Positions 59,105 through 64,000 of a stretch of DNA of 64,000 nt are shown piece after piece. Source of the stretch: Octopus vulgaris. Taxonomy: Eukaryota. A program made the position numbers and the translations under genes. Position 1 is the stretch's first letter. Each line of letters opens with the position of its first letter. The notes under the pieces were generated by a model, which made no database searches, was not told the origin of the DNA, and saw nothing but the letters and a program-made list of their open reading frames with translations. Where the stretch lies: NCBI GenBank assembly GCA_951406725.2, contig OX597832.1:496001-560000 (forward strand), in the 5' to 3' direction.

Positions 59105-59430
59105 ATAATTTAGGGTGAAAGGATAAGCCGATTACATCGACTCCAGGGTTCAACTGGTATTTATTTTATCCACCCCAAAAGAATAAAAGGCAACGTGGAC
59201 TCAGCGGAATTTGAATGTAAAGAGCCAGAAGAAATACCGACGTGGTAAGGATTATGCCAGCTCGCCGCCTTCACAAACCACACTAATAATAACCCTTTCT
59301 TATTCTAGCTCAAGGCCAGCAAATTTAAGAGGCCCATTGGGTTCATATTTTATCCACCCTGAAAAGATGAAACACAAAGTCGACCTCGGCGGAATTTGAA
59401 CTCAGGACAGATGAAATGCAGTTAAGAATT
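59105..59430 (-). mobile_element. Two degenerate Nin/Deu-domain-like SINE fragments
   Basis: GATTACATCGAC..CAACTGGTA and GATGAAACACAAAGTCGACCTCGGCGGAATTTGAACTCAG. Confidence 0.7.
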
Positions 59431-59799
59431 CTTTCATGTTATTTTTCGACTTCACTACATTAGGAATGAAATTAGGGATCTAGTCTTTCTCATTCGCAAA
59501 AGAAGCCCCCTTTAATTTTGCTCAGGTTGATTTCAATTTCGGTGTATCAATGCAACTCTGAATTTTGATTACGATCAACCAATTACTTTATCTCGTAAAT
59601 TAAAGAATCTGATGTTATTTAGAATTAAAGTTGGGAAATTTGGGTACAGACAGCGAGGCATTAACAGCTTGCTACCATGACAACTGCACATTGTGTTCTG
59701 TTTTATCCACAAGTGTTGATTCTTCACACGAGGTTTACTTCACCCGCGCGTTTTGTTTTAATAAGAATTTATATCTATCTATTAGAATTTTATTATAGA

Positions 59800-60318
59800 C
59801 TAGCAGTATCGCCCGGCGTTGCTCGGATTTGTAAGGGAAATAACTATATAAGCATTTTTAGAGAGTTACTTCCTTTATAGATGCCAATTCGGGCTTTCTT
59901 AGCCATTTCTGTTTTGGTGTCTTCAAGCCATGAAGTCGTTGTTCTAAAAGAACGCTGGTCTCCTTGACAACGCATTACGACGTTGATTTCCTTAAACTCC
60001 CTTCCCCACAGCTTCACGAGGGAGGGAAGAAGGGGGAGAAGCAAACACAGGTGCAGGTGTTTGAGCGTGGACGCCAACTCCGCCGCCATCGACACACGAT
60101 ACATTTTATGCATTAAAATGGAATAAAAAATGATGTTAAATTATTTTTAAAATCGTAGACTCATCGTAGACGCGCGCTAATAGCCAGACGGGCTCGATAT
60201 GAATCACGACTATAAGATACCCGGTTTTGGTTAAACTGCACCGCAAAATGTGGGAGGAGTTAGGAATCTAAATCGTAGGAGACAGACACTCACACAACTA
60301 CAGTTTTATATATATAGA
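59800..60318 (-). mobile_element. Non-autonomous Helitron
   Basis: Minus strand A|TCTATATATATAAAA ... CCGAGCAACGCCGGG hairpin ... CTAG|T; inserted between A and T with no TSD. Confidence 0.85.
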
Positions 60319-60604
60319 TATTTTTCGTCAATCGTCTTAATATTTTACATATTTTTCATATATAGCAAAAGTTGTTTGCGATGTTAATACAGTTTCATAG
60401 CATTATGAAGGTGAATGGTATATGTGAACTTAGTACAGATAATTTGACATTATTTTTGAATTCTGCATGCAAAAACATATAAGATACAGGTATTCTTTTC
60501 CGTAGGACAAATTCTTTGTTGACGAGTGTTATTCTTATCGTAGTTTACAAATCCAAATATGAAAACGTTACTCAACTTTGAAGTTTTGGAGACAGGCGCC
60601 CCCT

Positions 60605-60607
<3 letters not shown>

Positions 60608-60676
<69 letters not shown>
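60608..60676. repeat. (CA)n
   Basis: Directly visible. Confidence 0.97.
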
Positions 60677-60679
<3 letters not shown>

Positions 60680-62120
60680 CACTTACATATTAATGATGTA
60701 CACAAATACATGACAGGTATACATAGTACTGAAATACGCATAAAGTAAACATATGCCGACAAATATATTACTATAACAAATTTTAAAAAAATAATAAAAA
60801 CATACAATCAATGAAGAGATAAAAGAAACAGTAAGATGATACATGTTGATTTTATTAGGTATAAACAGAAGTTTATTTAGAAACCTGCAATGAAATTAGG
60901 TATTTCTGTTTATTTAGAACCTATAATGAAGACGACACTTCACATAAACTATAAATTTCATAGGGAATAACCTTAAAGTTGACACTGCTCCGCTGAAAGC
61001 AGAAAGTATCTGTTTCGCTATTGGTTAAAAATACACGATTTTTCGATTTTTAAACCTCTGTAACTTTTACCTCCAATTTTTTTTTTCCACAACATCATAC
61101 CTTCATAGCAATTAGACTAGAAAACTTTATCATTATAGCCGATTTTCAGATTTTTTACTTTTAAAAAATGCATATTTTGCGAATGAAAAAAAAAACTAGA
61201 TCTGAAATTAGAGGGATTTTAGATGGAAAATAAAATATGGAAGTAGGACATGAGAAAGAGAGGGAAACAATGAGGTGCGAGTGAATTAAAAATGGAAAAA
61301 TAGACTTATAGACAGAACAACGTTGATATGTGAATCGGAGATGAATAAATCGAAAAAGAAGAATTAATAGTAAAAAGGAAGAGAAATTGGAAGCGTGAGT
61401 TGGGGTAGAATAGTTAACGAACAAGAACAATGAAAGAATTAAAGATCGTAGTTAAAGGGGAAGGAGAGACAAAATGAGGTGAAAACATGGGAAAACTAAA
61501 ATGAGAGAAAAGAGGGTCTATGCAAAAAAAAAAAAAAAATAGTAAGTAGATGGGAAAGAGAGAGAGGGAGAGACAGACAGACAGAGAGAAAAAGGAGAGT
61601 GGGGATAAAGATGAATATTTCTCTCGATGACACATCAAGTTGATATTGTTGTTTCTACTGAGATGTATTTCATGACTGAGTGGCGATTGAAATATATGTT
61701 TACAATTCGCCAACTTTCGAGTTAGAAGCCATAACAAAAACAAAACAAAATAAACTTCAAACCTGTTTTGTAACTTATTCTATTTTAGTTTGTTTTAAGA
61801 TACCTTACAAGAATCTAAAGAAGAATGGTTTATTAAAAAAATATATGCTGCAGAGGACAATATAAAACCTATATAATGAAAATTCTCACGTTTGTATGAC
61901 TTAAGATAGTGTCATTTAGTACAAGAAAAGCTGGCTTCCTACCAGAAAATAATCTGTTTTACTTCAGAATACATAAGGCGTGATCGTTGTTCTTCAAAAA
62001 TAATTCACCTGTTTATGTTTGATGAAATCAGTGTTTATAGTTGTATGTTAGAGTACTTTTAACTGGTTACGGTCTTTTCCAGACATGAAAATATATAATA
62101 AATTAGCATGTGTATTGTTT

Positions 62121-62190
62121 TGTCTATTTCAAATATTTCTTATATCATCAGGGCAGATTGTGTAGATATAAAAAATATTTGAAATAGACA
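62121..62190. repeat. Short inverted repeat (26-bp arms, one mismatch, 18-nt loop)
   Basis: TGTCTATTTCAAATATTTCTTATATC vs GATATAAAAAATATTTGAAATAGACA. Confidence 0.9.
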
Positions 62191-63448
62191 TAGAATTTGG
62201 GTGTCTGAGAGTGATGTTTGTGAAAGTAGAAAATAATTTGGAAGAGTGAAAATAGTGAGCATGAATGGTAGTTTTCGCAGAAGGAGGTAACAAAGAGAGT
62301 TAAGAAGGACAGTTGAAGTTCCTAAGTGTATAGTGACTAGTTGGAAACAAAATAAGTGTCGTCACAATCAGGACACTTATGATGTGATTGTCATCAACTG
62401 ACATGGAATTTTGAAAATAAATATATTTTTAGAAATTTCTTTTAAGGATATCTGTTTGTTACCTTGAACGTCATTGAAATACTAGCTCATTAGGATATTA
62501 CAGATACTAGTAGTAAAATATGAACTGGGAAATGTATGAACTGGTTTTACCTGAAACAGAGACAGTATATATATTTCGGTGTTGCATTCTTGGCCAGTTT
62601 TCATATTGTGGCAGCTCTTCTATAACTGAAAGTCACAGCAAGTCACTGGACAGCCAGTTTGTTCCAGGGAGGAGAATGAGGAGAAGGGGAGGAGGGGAGG
62701 AATGAATGAATGAATCGGGAAAGTTTCTTCTTGGCGTCATTTCTAGCTGAACTTTATCCAAAATACCAGACATTGATAAAATACCTTTTCTTATGATATA
62801 ACTATGATATCTGATTTGGTAGTTTCTTGTAGATTAAGGTGATATATGCAGTAACAAGATTGAATGAATGATTCTATTAATCTATCTCTCTATCTTTAAC
62901 TGTATAGGTACAAAGTCTTCCTTTTACTACGGAATCTTGTACAACATTATATAACATGTGTTGCGTGTTCACTTGTCGAAATAATACAAGAAACAAACTT
63001 TAAAATAACAGTGAGACTTTATTCCTCTGATAAATAATACAGTGGACAAAATAAACATATCACGGATTCTGGTGGTTGTATAATTCATCCATCGCATACA
63101 TAATTCAGCTCTAGCCGTCTTTGGTTATATGTGCTTCGTTATAACGGCAGGGAAATAACACCACTCGCCTTCATGAAAATCGCTCACCCCTCTTTCATAG
63201 ATGTTTTGTTAATTCAATGTATATGCAGAGGTAGGCTCCAGCGCAGATTCAGATTAGTTGTTTGAGAATGTATTACGCACAACGCGATTAGATCCGCGAT
63301 CCAATCCCGCGCAATACTTGACCAATCAAAGTACAGGGCTCAACCGATGTTCCAAACTGAAATGATAGGTCAGAAGACCAATCACTACAGATTAACGTAT
63401 GGAGCCTATAAAAGGCTATATGCCATAATAGAAATTGGTCTTGCTACA

Positions 63449-63560
<112 letters not shown>

Positions 63561-64000
63561 GATCTATTTCTCTATCGATCGAAAAGTATATAATATTACT
63601 ATCACCGTAATCTACTCTTCAACAATAATACTTTGATGTTTCTATCGGGAAGCACTGATTGATCTCTCACCTTAAATACACAGTGCACTCTGGACACTTG
63701 CTAAGCTAAGTTGATTAACTTACCACTGATTTTGCTGAATCTTACTTTTCATCATGCATCAACTAAACTAACTTTCCAGGTAGCTCTCCATCAAATAAAC
63801 TCAACATATTTACTACTTACTTTGTTTCCCACTAGTCACTGTACACTTAGAAACATCACTCTTAAACTGTCCTTCTTAACTCTCTTTGTTACCTTCTTCT
63901 GCGAAAACTTCACCGAAAACTTCAACCCAACAAAATGATCTGTTTTGATATTTCTTCATTACCTTAAAACAATTGATCATGTTGGTCAATCTGGGCTGCC

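Noticed and set aside
62352-62391. H-type pseudoknot (9-bp and 7-bp stems)
   Set aside because: Connecting loops of 3-4 nt look too short and there is no functional context; may be chance.

Overview
This is eukaryotic, AT-rich, repeat-saturated genomic DNA, most likely from an octopus or other coleoid cephalopod (inferred from the SINE/LINE families and microsatellite load). Nearly all long 'ORFs' in the track are translations of microsatellites. The real content is nested retroelement debris: Penelope-like elements (PLE), two CR1-group LINE families, RTE LINEs, R4/Dong-like RLE LINEs in (TAA)n, a decayed Gypsy element, three tRNA-derived SINE types, two non-autonomous Helitrons and MITEs. 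Main observations: (1) Seven hammerhead-ribozyme-like motifs (six complete, one half) lie at PLE 3'/pseudo-LTR fragments, several as small stand-alone islands inside (TA)n. (2) A short, non-repetitive, CpG-rich segment at about 29.85-30.5 kb holds a plausible first coding exon on the minus strand (MDSLYGSDRKLGDLDDSG...) resembling CREB3L1/2-type N-termini. (3) The RTE 3' UTR contains a tandem array of about 62-67 bp units with conserved stems and variable loops. (4) An 86-bp-arm near-perfect palindrome has one A:C mismatch. (5) Microsatellite and TE ecology switches at about 29.7 kb. No database searches could be run. Family names come from motif recognition and most TE boundaries are approximate (tens of bp).
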